From assembly GCF_006345805.1 (NCBI RefSeq), contig NC_043001.1, forward strand, positions 29,264,001 through 29,328,000: a stretch of 64,000 bases of DNA, read 5' to 3'. The stretch is from Octopus sinensis (lineage: Eukaryota). A program made the translations under genes and the position numbers. The notes under the pieces are model-generated. The model ran no database searches. It was given only the letters and a program-made list of their open reading frames with translations, and was not told where the DNA came from. The first letter of the stretch is position 1, and each line of letters opens with the position of its first letter. Below, in pieces: positions 49,698 through 62,995 of the stretch.

Positions 49698-52600
49698 CCT
49701 GATAATAATTTTTATGGATTAGTAACAAGGGTATGATCCAGGACCTTTTTAGGTCCTTCAAGACATTACCTTGTAGGTATTTCAAGACATGTGATCATAT
49801 TGTTTAATGCTCAGCCTAAGTCTACCCACCAAAGCAGAAATCAAATTGAGAAAATTCATTAAAAGGAGGAAAAAAAAAAAAAAGAAATTAGTTGTTATGT
49901 AGCCCCAGTTAGTTCTAGTTGAATGAACTTACAGCATGGAGGTGGCTGATTAAATTTTTAGGATGAATGACTAAATCCAGGTTACCTACAAATTCAGAGT
50001 ACCTACAGATCCAGTGCCCAAAGTAAAATGTTTGTGATGTTTGTATAGGCTAAACAACAATATGTAATACATCTTGTAATGAATGAAACACGAAAAGAAA
50101 GCAGTGAATAAGGTTCAGATTTAGGACTTCAAATATGGATGGTTTAGGTCAGGGCTGGTCAACCTGAGGCCCGTGGCCCACAGCCTTTTATCTTGCAGCC
50201 TGCTTGATACTTTTTCGAAATGGGTTGATTTAAAACTCTTTACTCTCTTTTACTCTTACTTGTTTCAGTCATTTGACTGCGGCCATGCTGGATCACCGCC
50301 TATATATATATATGTGTGTATATGTAAAAAAACACAAACTGAGACAATAACGCAAAACATTTAGAAGACGATACAAAAAACATAGATGGGACATAGCTTA
50401 AATATTTTATATATGCCCTGATTTTGTCCAGTTTTTCCCTTTGTTCAGATGCTTCATAGCTATCCATTTTATTATACGGAGCACTTATAGGAGCAAACAA
50501 GAGTAAATGGGTTTTAAGTTAACAGGTTTTGACTGGTTAGGTCTGGTTTCTTCTGGAATTTTAGTACAGAAATATTGTAAAAGTTTTCCCTCCATTCTCT
50601 TTTTGAAAATTATTTCACTACTATCAGAAATTGAAATGTCAGTGTCCTCTACATTTATATTTAATGCATTGAAAAATTGTCCAAATTCAGAGGCACTGTT
50701 ACTAAATCTGAAACTTATGTAATTTTTAAAATGAGTAGAATATTATAAAAAGAAAAATAAAGGATTTGGGAGAAATAGCTACAAATATCAGGGAACAGTG
50801 TTGGACGATGTACAATATTTATATCTAGTAAAACCACATTATCATTGACTCAGACATGATATATGCCTGTATTTTGATTTAATTATGAACATGTAAATCT
50901 AGGCTGTTTTGAGTGCTTTGATACTGTATGGTTGCATGTGGGAGTGCTTTGGCAACATGACGACATGTAGTTTTAGTTAGTTGATAACAAAAAGGTTAAT
51001 GTCAAGTATATATTTATACTTTAGAAATTTTAAAATTTTACATATGCTTAAGTAATGGTTTGTACTACTAAAGTTTTCTGGTGTATTTGTAGCATACTTC
51101 GAGGTCAACTTTTTTTTATACATACTAAAGCCATTGTTATTTTGACAATTATATATAAATGCCCTTTTTTTTTCTTTGGATAGATAGAAGTTGGGGGGTG
51201 GGTTTAGCTGGCTGGTTTCAAATCTTATTTGATTCTCATCAGAGATAGACTACCATTTCATCTGCTCATGAAGAGAAATATAACTAATATCTAAATATAT
51301 ATAGTCACTAAATCTAGTGTTTGCTCAACTAATTAGTTTTGTTTGTATAAATAGTGATATGTTAGAGACTAATTCAAATTAAATAATTATCTTCCAAACA
51401 GGATTTCAATAATGAAATATTTTTTCTCTAAGGTATTTTTTTTTTACAGTTATTCATATCATTTCGAACAAATAATTTTTTGTAGATAAAGAGTGCAGTG
51501 AATGTGCCAGGAAAGCTAGCATTAGTTTTTTTGTGCAACTTGTTGCTTGGTTTAATTTTTTTTTTTTTTTTTTTATGTAGATAAAACTAAGGATAGGTCA
51601 TAGAGATAGGAAAACCTGCCTTGGGAGTGAGCCGAAATGAAATTGTTTCTTCAGTGACTGAACAGACTTGTTTTCCCTCTGACTTCCTTTCAAAAACATA
51701 CATCAATATTAAAACCATTTGTTTTCTAATAAGACAGAATGATGCAAAGTAAAGTGATCTATTGAATTAAACAATCATCCTTATCTTCATTGTTTTTGCC
51801 TATTTTCATGTTGGTATGGGTTGGATGAGTAATCATAGTTTGGGTCCTCATTTGATGTGACCTTTTTGATGGGTTGTGGGATCACGTACATGCATTCTAT
51901 TTTTGACCTGGGAAGAGTTAGCTATGCAGGTAAAGGTTAATGATGGGAAAGGCATTCAGTTGTAAAACAATACCCCGATAATATGTTCATTTGGCCTATG
52001 CTAGCATAGAGAACAAATTCCTTAACACTTTATAGTGGGTGCTGGGGGCAATTTGTCATGGTATCTGTTCTAGAAGCTATGTTCTCAACAGGATATGACT
52101 ATAGGGTCCTCATGAACCTTCATCATCTTGTTTCATTTAACAACCACTTTACAGTGTACATTTAATTGTGATACCAGCACTAGTGAGGTACCTTAATAAA
52201 ATTAGTGGATTATCTTGCGAGACAAGAGACATTATACATCATCTCAATTTGTTTTGGGCAACGTGACCAATGGAGTGGATAGAAGAGAAAATGAATTAGG
52301 AGCAATGGGGAGAGAAATAATGAGAGACACACTATTGGCTGCTACATATTTGCTGGTGAGAGAGAAAGAGGATCTGTAATGGATTGTCATAAAAATGGTC
52401 TATGGAAAGGTACTGTGATGACTGTTAATAACTAGATACTTGGAGAAGAGGTTAGCAATATAAGTGACGCTAGCTAATGAGAGTGTGAAAGTGATGAATA
52501 GCAATAAGAGTTATGGACATCAGTAAAAGAGTGACTTGAGTGAGTGATGGCTAGCATTATAAGAAAGTAAATGGGACAGGGTGTATTGGATATCAGTAGA

Positions 52601-52829
52601 TTTTCTGCAATACCTCACTTCTCAAGCATCATGACAAAGGAGAGACAGGGTTAGAAATCTACAGATAGTAAGTGATGGGAATTGCATATGGAAAGTTCTA
52701 ATGATTCCTTTCATTCCATGGGTACAGTGAATAAGAGATTGGGGATTGAAGCAGGAGCAGTAGTAAAAGATTAGCTGGTACAAAATGAGGAAAAAACGCT
52801 CAGATGTAGATGTAAATTGCATATTCCAG

Positions 52830-54270
52830 CCTCCATCACTACTCCTAATTTAATGTATGTTTCACCAGACTTGCACAGTTGTTTGGATCCACTCCTGCAC
52901 TGTGTGTAGCCAATTGTCACAGCCCTTAGTCGTCTCCTTTGTGAGATACGACATCTTAAGATCTGTCGTCACTACTTGGTCCTAGTCCTTACTCAGTTTC
53001 CATATTCTGCTGGTTCTATTCTCTTGGATTACTTGACATTTCTTAATGCTACTGTCATCTATTTGTATAATGTTCCTACGCTAGTGCAGTTCTCTTTTAT
53101 GCACAGTATATCGGGTTCCTCTTATATCAAGCCAACCCCCTCCATCATCATTGCACACTAACATTACGCATCTAGCGGAGCATGCCCACTTCATTTTTTT
53201 TCTAGTCTTTGCATTTAAAGTGCATTGCTCATGAATCCTCTGTATTCAAGGAACATGCATCATTGCACTTCATATACATGAATTAGACAATCTACTTTGC
53301 ACTCTGAGGAGAAAATTCTTTGTTGCTAATCGTAGGTAGTAGCTCACTGACTTTTTTCTGACTTAATCTTGCTCTGGCTATTATGCTTCTAAAGCACTCA
53401 CTTCAACTTCTAATTAGTTCTTCTAATTAACAAAGGATGTCCATTACTTCTAGGAAGTCTTCCAGGCATTTGAATCTTTTTCTGGTCAGCTCTTAGTACT
53501 TGTTGCACCTGTACTCCTATCACAATGTCTGTAACTGGCAGTCATTGAATATAACACTTTCCTTTAGTTAACTGACTAGCATGTGCCCTATTCCAATAGA
53601 CAGTCTAATCATATTGCGGTGGGGTCTAACTGTTTCCCTCTCCTTAATTACCCTAGCTACCATAGTGTTGCTAATTTGAATCAATTACTCCTCTGATTTA
53701 TTTGGAGAAGGCTGTCTTCAACAACCTTGCATTATAGTACTTTTATGACTATTTCTTTTTGCCATCAACAAGAGCAGTTGTACCATTATCATTCTGTACA
53801 CAGTTCTCAACAAGATCTCTGGCATTTTGCTTTGCAACTTGAAATATGTCATACATATGAACAATGACAAACCCCTTACTTTCAGCTTTCTCTTTTCTCT
53901 TTTCTAACCACTCAATATTGCTCTTTTCTACCCTTTTTCTTCCAGCTTTCAGGCTTTAATCTTTGTACTCTCACAAATCTATTCCTCCACCAGTTCACCT
54001 TCTTTTGGATCTGAGATGTTGCATCAGTCACAGATCTGCTCTTTTGCTGTCAGTAGATTCTTCTTTTGAGAGCAATTGTGGTTTTCCTTTCTCTTGTTAT
54101 CTGTGTCGGCACTTCTATGAACACACTACTTGTTGGTAACTCTTTCAACTTCCATATCCTCCTCCAAATCTCTTTTGCTTCGGAGTATGTCTAACTCTTA
54201 CTCTACAGTCTCTAATCATTTGTAAAGTTTAAACTTGAGCTTTTATGGTCTATATCAAAATCTTAACCAC
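52830..54270 (-). mobile_element. Older, heavily decayed RTE-like RT/C-terminal fragment
   Basis: Minus strand shows remnants of ARIRS..KKF.ELLP.L.TK.FS..VKGRL and RLER..MLRWMC motifs. Confidence 0.6.
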
Positions 54271-55891
54271 TGCAACAGCCATAACGCAAAGAAATATGTA
54301 TGCATGGGTAATAAAGCAAATTTATTATATAAACTGAATGAAAACACAAATGAGGAACTAACTTAGTACTTGGAGAAAAGCTATACTGAAGAGACAATCC
54401 TTTAAGTTCATGTTGGTTTCAGTGACTGCTAGTGTGTATGTTGTAGTTGTCTTTAAAGTAAGTAATGTTTGTTGTGAAAATAAAATTGTTCCTGCAGCTT
54501 CTTGAGCAATGTTCTATGAGTAATTAGATAGTAGAAATGTAGGGTTGAAGTACTAACAACTAAAAAGTGCTTTGCATTTAGTGCAACTGTGTGAAGATTA
54601 ACAGAGGCATCTGCTCTACTGATTACTACTTGATAGCATTGCAATTGTAATTTTGAAACATTGCAAAATGTGCAGAACAATTCTTTGCTATATTTATGTT
54701 CTTTACTCCAAATTTGTTCAGAATAATTTTTAGATGGGGGATAGCAAGTATGTTTTAAAGATGTTGTTAATCTTGTCATTACAAGTGTATAATTCATTGA
54801 AAGAAAGTCGGATTGCAAACAATTTTGTACTTGATTTATTTTCTATGTAGTATAGCATATGCTGACTGTTGATGTAGAGATGTCTACTTTCAACTAATTG
54901 TTTAAAGTTGTTTTTTTTTATAAGTTTTGATCACTCCAAGAATTTCTTTTAATTGATCTATTGCATGTTGGCTGGATTTAATGTTTATAGTTTAAATATC
55001 AGCTAATTTCAAGAAAAGGTTTCAGACTAATATATTAAATGTACCTATTTCAAAAGTTTTATGTGTATTCAGCTGCACTTTTATTTAACATTTAAAGATA
55101 TTTATAAATATATTGTATCACTATGTATAAAGATATTGACCAGTGTTCAAGCTTGTCTAATTACAATGTTTATAATAGTCTAATGTCTGATAAAGCTATG
55201 TATTTTAAAATGTAAATAAAGTAGAAAGAGCTTAATTTACTTTTTAGATTAATAATATAAATGAATATAATGTGGATTTTAAATTGACTTTTGATTTTGT
55301 AGATGAAATATCTGCCTTTTCCTTTTTTTTTTTTTTTTTTTTTAGTATGGGATGGTTATATTCCAGTAGGTTCCTACTGTTTTCTGGTAGATCTAGTTGT
55401 TTTTTTTTTCTTAATTCCTAGGTAACATGTATTTTGATGTTATCCTCAGTAATGATAGAAAGGATACTTTCAACTCTGTGATTAACAATATAGTTTTCTG
55501 GAAAAGGTCTGATGTTGAAAAATTATTGTTTTATTTTGCAATTTTCTTTATTTGCATTATATTAAAGAGTATATTCATATTTTGTTTTCATGATGTTGCT
55601 TTTGTCTAGATAAAGCTGCAATTATTTACAAAATTTGCAGAAATCTGAAAATTAAGTAAATATTTTATATTATTTTGTTATTATAGTCTATTCTTGTTGT
55701 AATGGAATAATTTTGAATAATTTATTTAACATTCTATAAATAGGAACTGCTGTAAGCTATTCTATCATCAAGTAAAGATAGATTTTGCAGGAATTTATGA
55801 AGTTAATAACTAAAGTGGTCAGCCATTAACTGGTATGATTTCATGTTAGAAATTCTTTTATAATTTGCTTTGTGTCTTCGATTGTTTCTAG

Positions 55892-55924
55892 AAAATGCAA
55901 AGAATCAAAATTTGGTTGTCTCAG
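55892..55924 (+). CDS. OGDH: Candidate 33-nt alternative insert exon of OGDH (adds ENAKNQNLVVS)
   Basis: Acceptor ttgctttgtgtcttcgattgtttctag, donor CAG|gtaagg. Length is a multiple of 3, phase 1-1, and open when placed between exon 3A/3B and exon 4. No transcript evidence available. Confidence 0.55.
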
Positions 55925-56148
55925 GTAAGGTAATATTGGGAATGCAACTGGATTTGAGTTATGTTGTTGTAATTGTTAAAAGCTAATTAAGATAGTGAAA
56001 CAATTCAAATAGTTACCCAAGAAACTTTAAATGGTTATGAATTAAAATATTTAGTTTTGTAGCTAAATTATTCATTTCTATTTGAATACTCTGAAATCAT
56101 CTCCAAATCTGTTTTCAAATATTTAAAAGTAGGTATTTTAGCCTATTT

Positions 56149-56308
56149 CAGTGCTCCGCAGCCTTTTTTCATTTGCCGTATTCTTACATTCTTTTCAAAA
56201 TTTGATGGTACATCTGAACTAAAAGTATAGGGGAAAAAATTCTGCAGCACTCCTAGCATCGTCTTGTGGCACACCAGTGTTCTGCAGCATACTGGTTGCA
56301 GATCATTG
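56149..56308. mobile_element. hAT-type MITE (160 bp)
   Basis: Imperfect 15-bp TIRs (cagtgctccgcagcc / revcomp caatgatctgcaacc, 11/15); 8-bp TSD gcctattt (56141-48) / gcctgttt (56309-16). Confidence 0.75.
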
Positions 56309-56969
56309 GCCTGTTTTGTAAAAATGTTAATCATTTGAATTATGAATTTTTGTTTAAAAATGCTCTTTTTACCATAGTAATGTGGCAAAAATTGTTAAAT
56401 TTCAAATTGAACTTAGAAATCAAGTTATTTTTTATTAGCTATCTTTTAATAATTTTTCATCTAACAAAAAAAAAAAAGAAAAATCTTGCTTCTTACCATT
56501 TATTGGTAGAAATCTAGATGACTTCTCTGTTAGTTTTTTTTATCTTAATGTATTTCTCGGCTTGTATAAATTATACAAATATTAGGATAACATCTGCTAT
56601 GCATTTATTGTCACCTATTGCTTTGTATATCTTCTATATATTCCTCTTCTCTTGCTTTCGATATTTGTGTGTTGTAGATTTTATTTTATTTACAATTTAA
56701 CTATCAAGTTAATCGTTGTGATGAAATAAGATTCAAAAGATAATAAACTTTTTGGTGAGAGATTTGAATCACTTCAGTTTTTCCTTAGCATTATTCTTTC
56801 ATGTATACTTTTTTCATAAATATTTGTATTTTAGTTGCTGTGCTTTTTATTTATTTTTTTTTTTTTTATTGTATATTATGTCTCAAAAAAAAAAAAAATT
56901 GGATTAACATTTTTCGGTTGCATGCTTCTTGTATTGATAATGAACAGTTTGCAACTATCTTTCTGTTAG

Positions 56970-57070
56970 ATGAGCCTGATCTTGATAAAGTCTTTAGACT
57001 TCCACACACCACTTATATTGGCGGAGATCAAACTGAGCTTCCATTACGTCAAATCATCAAGAGACTAGAG
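56970..57070 (+). CDS. OGDH: OGDH exon 4 ([34 protein letters not shown])
   Basis: Acceptor atctttctgttag, donor GAG|gtatgt, 101 nt, phase 1-0. Conserved DLDKVF.LP.TT.IGG...LPLR.II.RLE. Confidence 0.96.
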
Positions 57071-57265
57071 GTATGTAAATCTTCTGATATAGCTTCCTCC
57101 AGTTACTTACAGAATGTCTATCTATGATATTGGATGAAATGTATTTTGTGTATTCTTTTCTTTTTGTTTTGAGTTTGGTATACAGTTTTCATTAATGTGT
57201 TAACAAGAAGCAATATTTTAAAACCCACTATTCAATGCCTAGAATGTTAAACTATTTTTCCTCAG

Positions 57266-57420
57266 GAAATTTACTGCCGACAGATAGGTATTGAGTTTAT
57301 GTTTATCAACAATCTTGAGCAGACCGATTGGATTCGTCGCAAATTTGAGGTACCTAACATCATGCAGTTTGATGCCGAAGAGAAGAGGCTTATCCTAGCA
57401 AGACTTATTCGATCAACTCG
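57266..57420 (+). CDS. OGDH: OGDH exon 5 ([28 protein letters not shown]...LARLIRSTR)
   Basis: Acceptor tttttcctcag, donor TCG|gtgagt, 155 nt, phase 0-2. Conserved YC..IG.EFMFIN motif. Confidence 0.96.
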
Positions 57421-58254
57421 GTGAGTGTGTTTAAATTCTGTATCTCTACTGAGTGTGATCATTTGGTTGGCAAAGTCAGTCTAATTTCAGTTCCATAGAT
57501 TAAGGAAAATTACCTTTTAATCTTATACACAAGTGCCCCAGAAGCTCACTTTTGGTCTTTGTTATTTTAGATGATGTATAAATCTGTTTAAAAAAACAAC
57601 TTTATTAGAATAATAATCTTCTTGAAAGATGGTTAACTAACCTCCCTATGCTATACTCACAACATAGAAATCTATTATGTATGCCTTCTCCATTTTCTTA
57701 CATTCTATTCACTTCTTTATCTTCAGTTGCTTCATCCTAAAGATGGTTTTAGGAAGTGGGTGGAAGGGAAAAATAGAACCAAAGCATTGTAACAACTAGA
57801 TGATGGGGCCAAACCACACACACATATATATCAATCATCCTCACCTCACTCCTCTGTCTACAATATTATTTTAGTGCTGTTAGAATGAGAGCAGAATTTG
57901 TTATTACTACCATATCATATCCTATCTTAATCTCACCAGTTTTAGAGAATCTGTGAGTCTGATTTTCAGTCATTACCCCTTCTAATAACAGCTATTAGAT
58001 GAAGAGGAAAATAAAAAGAACCTGGAGAAGTTGGCAATCCTGGTTTTGGCATTATTAGGAACTAAACTGGGTTAGGTATACATTTAAGAACTTTTCTGGT
58101 GATTGACATACACAGTACACTTATTTAAAATAAATATAATCATATTGTGAGTGTTAACCATGTTCTACACATTCTTTCTTAGTTTAGAACATTTATTTAA
58201 AAAAGTTTTTTAATTATTGGTTTTTAAAATTGCTTTGTGATTCTTGCCTTTTAG

Positions 58255-58401
58255 ATTTGAAGATTTTCTTGCACGAAAATGGTCATCTGAGAAACGTTTC
58301 GGTATTGAAGGCTGTGAAGTTCTGATTCCAGCAATGAAGGCTGTCATTGATTCATGCAGTTCACTTGGTGTGGATAGTTTTGTTATTGGCATGCCTCACA
58401 G
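58255..58401 (+). CDS. OGDH: OGDH exon 6 ([28 protein letters not shown]...IGMPHR)
   Basis: Acceptor cttgccttttag, donor CAG|gtttgt, 147 nt, phase 2-2. Signature KRFGxEG and GMPHRG. Confidence 0.96.
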
Positions 58402-59688
58402 GTTTGTAACTTTCACTCTTAAACCCTGTGATATATTTGTTTTTTTACCTCAAACCATCAAAATAGAATTTGTCTGAAGCAATTTTAGCTTATTTGAAGG
58501 ATTTATAAAATAAGTAGAGAAATACTTTCCATGACTTCAGTTTTGTTTAGAATTTTATAAAAAAAAACACTATTAAGACACAGTAAATACAGTCTTAGAT
58601 GATATAACAGTTACCTGGAGCTAATATATATGATCCTGGTTCTTTAGAACTTGATAAATGTAAGTTAAAATTAAAATACACATTAGATTTGGTGTATGCA
58701 GTTTGTCTTTAGATTTTCTTCTCATCCTCACATAAAGATTAGCCTTATGCATCACTTCCATGCATTAAATATTTATTCTAGCTTAACCTTTTTCTGATCA
58801 GAATTGAGTTTCACTGCATGATTATGTTTCTTGATACCATAGAATCAGTGCTGAGCACACACACACCCCTTCCACCCAGACACACACAAAGCAAAGTACC
58901 TTCAATGACAGTTAACACACAGCCAATGAATTCTCTTCACATCTTGTTCTCTTGACCATCTTGTTACAGTTTTAAGGTACCCAGTCTTTTGTCACTGAAA
59001 GGGATTAACTGCAGGTTTTGGTTAAAAGTTGTTGCATAACTTCATCAGATTTAGCATTCAGCATGTAGGATATAAATGTCTTGAATTGAATTGTGTATGA
59101 AATGCTGCTAACAGATTCACAAGATTTACTGCCTGTTGTTAATTAGCCTGCAGCTCAGTCATAGATGAGTAAATTCAAGGTGAAAAAGCTGTTCAATTCT
59201 GACCAGCGCATCATGTTATCAGGCACTGTGCATCACCCAGAACTACATTTTCTAAAGTTGTAGGGTTTAATTTGAGTTTACTACTGTTAATTTTAAGGGA
59301 AATAAGGTCAAGGAAGAAATCTTATAAAAATGCTACTTAGAGAGAAAAATAGGTCGTACAATTTTTATGAAGGCTCATCTGAATTGTGATGGGTTGTTTC
59401 ATGAACTTAGGTAGAAATATAGAATCAGTACTTAGCACTAGAAAAGGCAAAAGTTAGAATTTCATGGTGGGTCAGATGGTTAAAGTTGATATATTTCTTT
59501 ATATTTTTATATTCTCTACTATAAAAATATTCTCAACATTTACTGTTAAGTTCTCATTTGTTTCTCTCTCTTAAATGATCAAAAACCAAATTATGACTTT
59601 TTAAAATGTTTCTTAAACATTTGTAAATAATGTCAATGTTTTAAATCCCATGTTATTTTCTTAATTACATGTTTTTCTCTCTTTTCAG

Positions 59689-59959
59689 GGGTCGTTTGAA
59701 TGTACTTGCAAATGTTTGCAGGAAACCTCTGGAACAGATCATTTGCCAGTTTGATTCTAAACTGGAACCATCTGATGAGGGATCTGGAGATGTAAAATAT
59801 CACTTAGGCATGTGCCATGAGCGTCTGAATAGAGTAACTAACAAGAACATAAAAATGTCTGTTGTTGCAAACCCCTCACATTTGGAAGCAGTCAATCCCG
59901 TTGTTCAGGGAAAAACGAAAGCTGAACAATTTTACCAAGGAGATAAGGATGGCAAAAGA
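59689..59959 (+). CDS. OGDH: OGDH exon 7 ([15 protein letters not shown]...[10 protein letters not shown]...[22 protein letters not shown]...GKR)
   Basis: Acceptor ttctctcttttcag, donor AGA|gtatga, 271 nt, phase 2-0. GDVKYHLG and NPSHLEA signatures. Confidence 0.96.
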
Positions 59960-61109
59960 GTATGAACACATTATTAATTTTAGACATTTACTATAAAAAT
60001 CTTGTTGCTGTATGTTCTATTTTTCTAATTCTGGATCATGACTAATGGGGCTGGTTTCTGTAGACCAGCCAATTTAGATTGCTGTGAAAATTTTCAATAC
60101 ATTTCATGATTAAAAAAACATGATATTTACAAAAGTCTGTACGTGAACTGGATAAGTTTTTTTAGGAGAATTTGATGGATACATTAAAAAAAATGTCCTT
60201 TGATGTTAAAAGTATTATCTTGTAAACCTTTTTATCTGAGCTAGATTTATAGTGCACAACAGGTTTATGATTTAAATCAAATGCTAGTACTTAATATTTC
60301 CATTACAAATACACATAATGGAAAGGATCCCAGTTTTACTTCAGTACTTTTATAGTATTTTCAATTGGGATGTGGTTGCAAACATTTTTTGGCATATTTA
60401 TTTGTCTCTTCAGTCATAATTTCAAATAAATAGATACATTTAAACAAGTATATTATTTTTGGCATATGTGAATCCAGACATCCAAACATTGGGCCTGAAA
60501 ACATATTTTGCCGATATTTGTAGCTTAGCATTGTTTATTCCTTTTTTTGACATAAATTTCTTTTTATTGCTACTGTCCTTAGAAATATTTTTCTGTGCAA
60601 TAGAATCTAAACATTTTTCTCAATATTTTCAATACCATTTGAGGGAGAAAAATTTCCTCATACCAGGTGGTGCTATTAAGTTAGACATGGCCTGGGCCAA
60701 TAATGGCCGAAACCTATCAAAGTATCATGTTCTGAACTTTTGGTATTGTATAGAATTTGTTAATTTTGCAAAATGAGAGGAGTATCATTTGCACATGCTA
60801 ATATTATTGTCTGCTAAAATTACACATTGAAAGTTATTAATCATGACAAATAAATACATCAAGTTTGTAAGGAAGGGTACAGTCATGAGATAGTTAGTGA
60901 TAGTAAATATATTTATGAAACAAATTCTCTTATCAGAACAAAACACTAATTTGTCATGAGATATCTTGTTATCAGGGTTTAGGCCATAATCACCATTGTG
61001 TGTCTGCTGGCACTGATTTAATGGGTTAATGGGTAGGTGATAGTGGATTTCAAAATGGTTTGTAACAGTGGTTTATTTTTTATTTGAAATATGTTCTTTA
61101 TTCTATTAG

Positions 61110-61238
61110 GTCATGAGTGTACTACTTCATGGAGATGCTGCCTTTGCTGGTCAAGGGGTTGTCTATGAAACGTTTCATCTCAGTGATCTGCCCATGTATA
61201 CAACCCATGGTACTATTCACATAGTTGTTAACAATCAG
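61110..61238 (+). CDS. OGDH: OGDH exon 8, thiamine-diphosphate-binding motif ([21 protein letters not shown]...HIVVNNQ)
   Basis: Acceptor ctttattctattag, donor CAG|gtaaat, 129 nt, phase 0-0. Carries the GDA...NN ThDP/Mg motif of OGDH E1. Confidence 0.97.
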
Positions 61239-61724
61239 GTAAATTATCACCATTTTATTATATTGAAATATCTAATAGAATAATGTTTATTGTATTGTTT
61301 CCCTTTTGCAAACACTAATTTTTCTTGAAACCTTTTGGCAAATAATTTATTGTCACTGAAATCTTTTTACTTCAAAGATACAAACCTAAAAGCAATATAA
61401 CTGTTAGGGAACTGTTTATTTATAAAGATAGTGCAATATTTGTGAAATTGCCCTGACAAGCAAATGACACCATTAGTGAAACTACTCTTCATAAACCTGC
61501 AATATTGTGTGTGTGTGTGTGTGTGTGTGTGGGAGAGAGAGAATAGCTCTTATCTCTTTGTAGCTGTTTCACTAATGCCAATCACCTAACACTCATTTTT
61601 GTTCACACAAAGTTTTGGTTTCATTTCTTTCAAGCAAAGGCAGAAAGTTATAATTTCAGTGTATTATCGTTGATACACCATAACATTTAGAGCAATTTAC
61701 ATTCAGAAGGATTTTTTTCCTTTA

Positions 61725-62560
61725 TAATGTCCTCCTTCAATGCTAACATGGGTTGGACGGTTTGACAGGAGCTGGCCAGGCAGGAGCCTGCATCACGCTT
61801 CTGTGTCTATTTTGGCATAATTGTTATGGCTAGATGCCCTCCCTAACACCAACCACTCTGTAGAGTGGGCTGAATGCTTTTTATCTGCCACTCACACAGG
61901 TGAGGTCAGTTTTGATATGGTTTTTAAGGCTGGATGTCCTTCTAAATGCTAACCACTTTACAGTGTGGATTTGATGCTTTTTAAGTAGCACCTGCACTGG
62001 CAGGGTCACCAAGTAACTTAGCAAGGCAAGAAATCTTTGAGAGAAGAGGGGAAGGGGCCATTGAAGGAGGTGATCTTCTGTCAGATGATGAAAGGTCAGA
62101 ATGTGACAGAGAGACAGGAACAGATGTCTAGCTGCAGAGGCGGTACATAGTTACCCAGCGAGAGTTAACAAAAATGAGGGCAAAAACAGGTGTGCTGCTG
62201 AAGAGGAGGAACATGATTACCTAAAAAGAGAGGGGGAGTTAACAAGAAAGAGATGTCATGCTGTAAAGGAGATACATGGTTACCTAGCCAGAGGTAGGAG
62301 AAAGAGGGAGAGAGAGTGATCAAGAATGAGTCAGAAACAGGTTTTTTGCTGTAGAGGAGGTCCATGACACCTCAACCAGAGGGAATAGCAAACGAAAGAG
62401 AGAGAAAGTAGGAGACAGCAAGAGCAGGAGAGGGATGGTAGTAAGGGCCAGGGTATGCTCACAAGGAGCAAAGATCAGGGCATAGATGGGATGGTAGAGT
62501 AAGGAAGAGAGAGATGAATGGTGGCAGGTGCTGGCAGAGTATTGCCAAGAGGTTGCAAGT
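61725..62560 (-). mobile_element. RTE-tailed element with a purine-rich (plus-strand) body
   Basis: catgggttggacggtttgac..gatgccctccctaacaccaaccac terminal boxes. Confidence 0.55.
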
Positions 62561-62815
62561 AGAGAGTTGGGGTGGGAAATGAATTAAAAAATGAAAATGT
62601 AAAATAGATTAAGCAAATTTACAGAATCAGAAGAATTTTTGAAATACAGTGTAACCTCAGTTACAAATGTGCTTGGAAGATTTCCTCTCTTCTTCTTCAT
62701 TATTTTCTTAAGAGAAATTAAGATCAATTTAAAATAAACCTCTGAATTATTCATATGGTTGCAGAGTAGACTGCTTTTGACTTGTGTATATTGTTCTTTT
62801 GTCTGTTTCTTTTAG

Positions 62816-62995
62816 ATTGGTTTTACAACTGATCCTCGTGTATCGCGGTCATCACCTTACCCTACTGATGTTGCTCGAGTAATCAATGCTCCAATATTTC
62901 ATGTGAATGCTGACCATCCCGAAGCTGTGATATATGTTTGCAAAGTAGCCTCTGAATGGCGACATCGATTCAACAAAGACGTTGTGATTGATCTG
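62816..62995 (+). CDS. OGDH: OGDH exon 9 ([38 protein letters not shown]...DVVIDL); gene continues beyond window
   Basis: Acceptor gtttcttttag, donor CTG|gtaaat, 180 nt, phase 0-0. Conserved IGFTT and APIFHVN motifs. Confidence 0.96.

Noticed and set aside
51581-51626. Possible third mutually exclusive exon (strong acceptor, phase 0-1, IKLRIGHRDRKTCLG)
   Set aside because: Only 46 nt, lacks the RGH..DPLG motif that both real exons keep; the resemblance is superficial.
54447-54457. AG-bounded segment before a gtaagt donor (also 55346-55386 and 44156-44193)
   Set aside because: Lengths of 11, 41 and 38 nt are not multiples of 3 and would frameshift OGDH.
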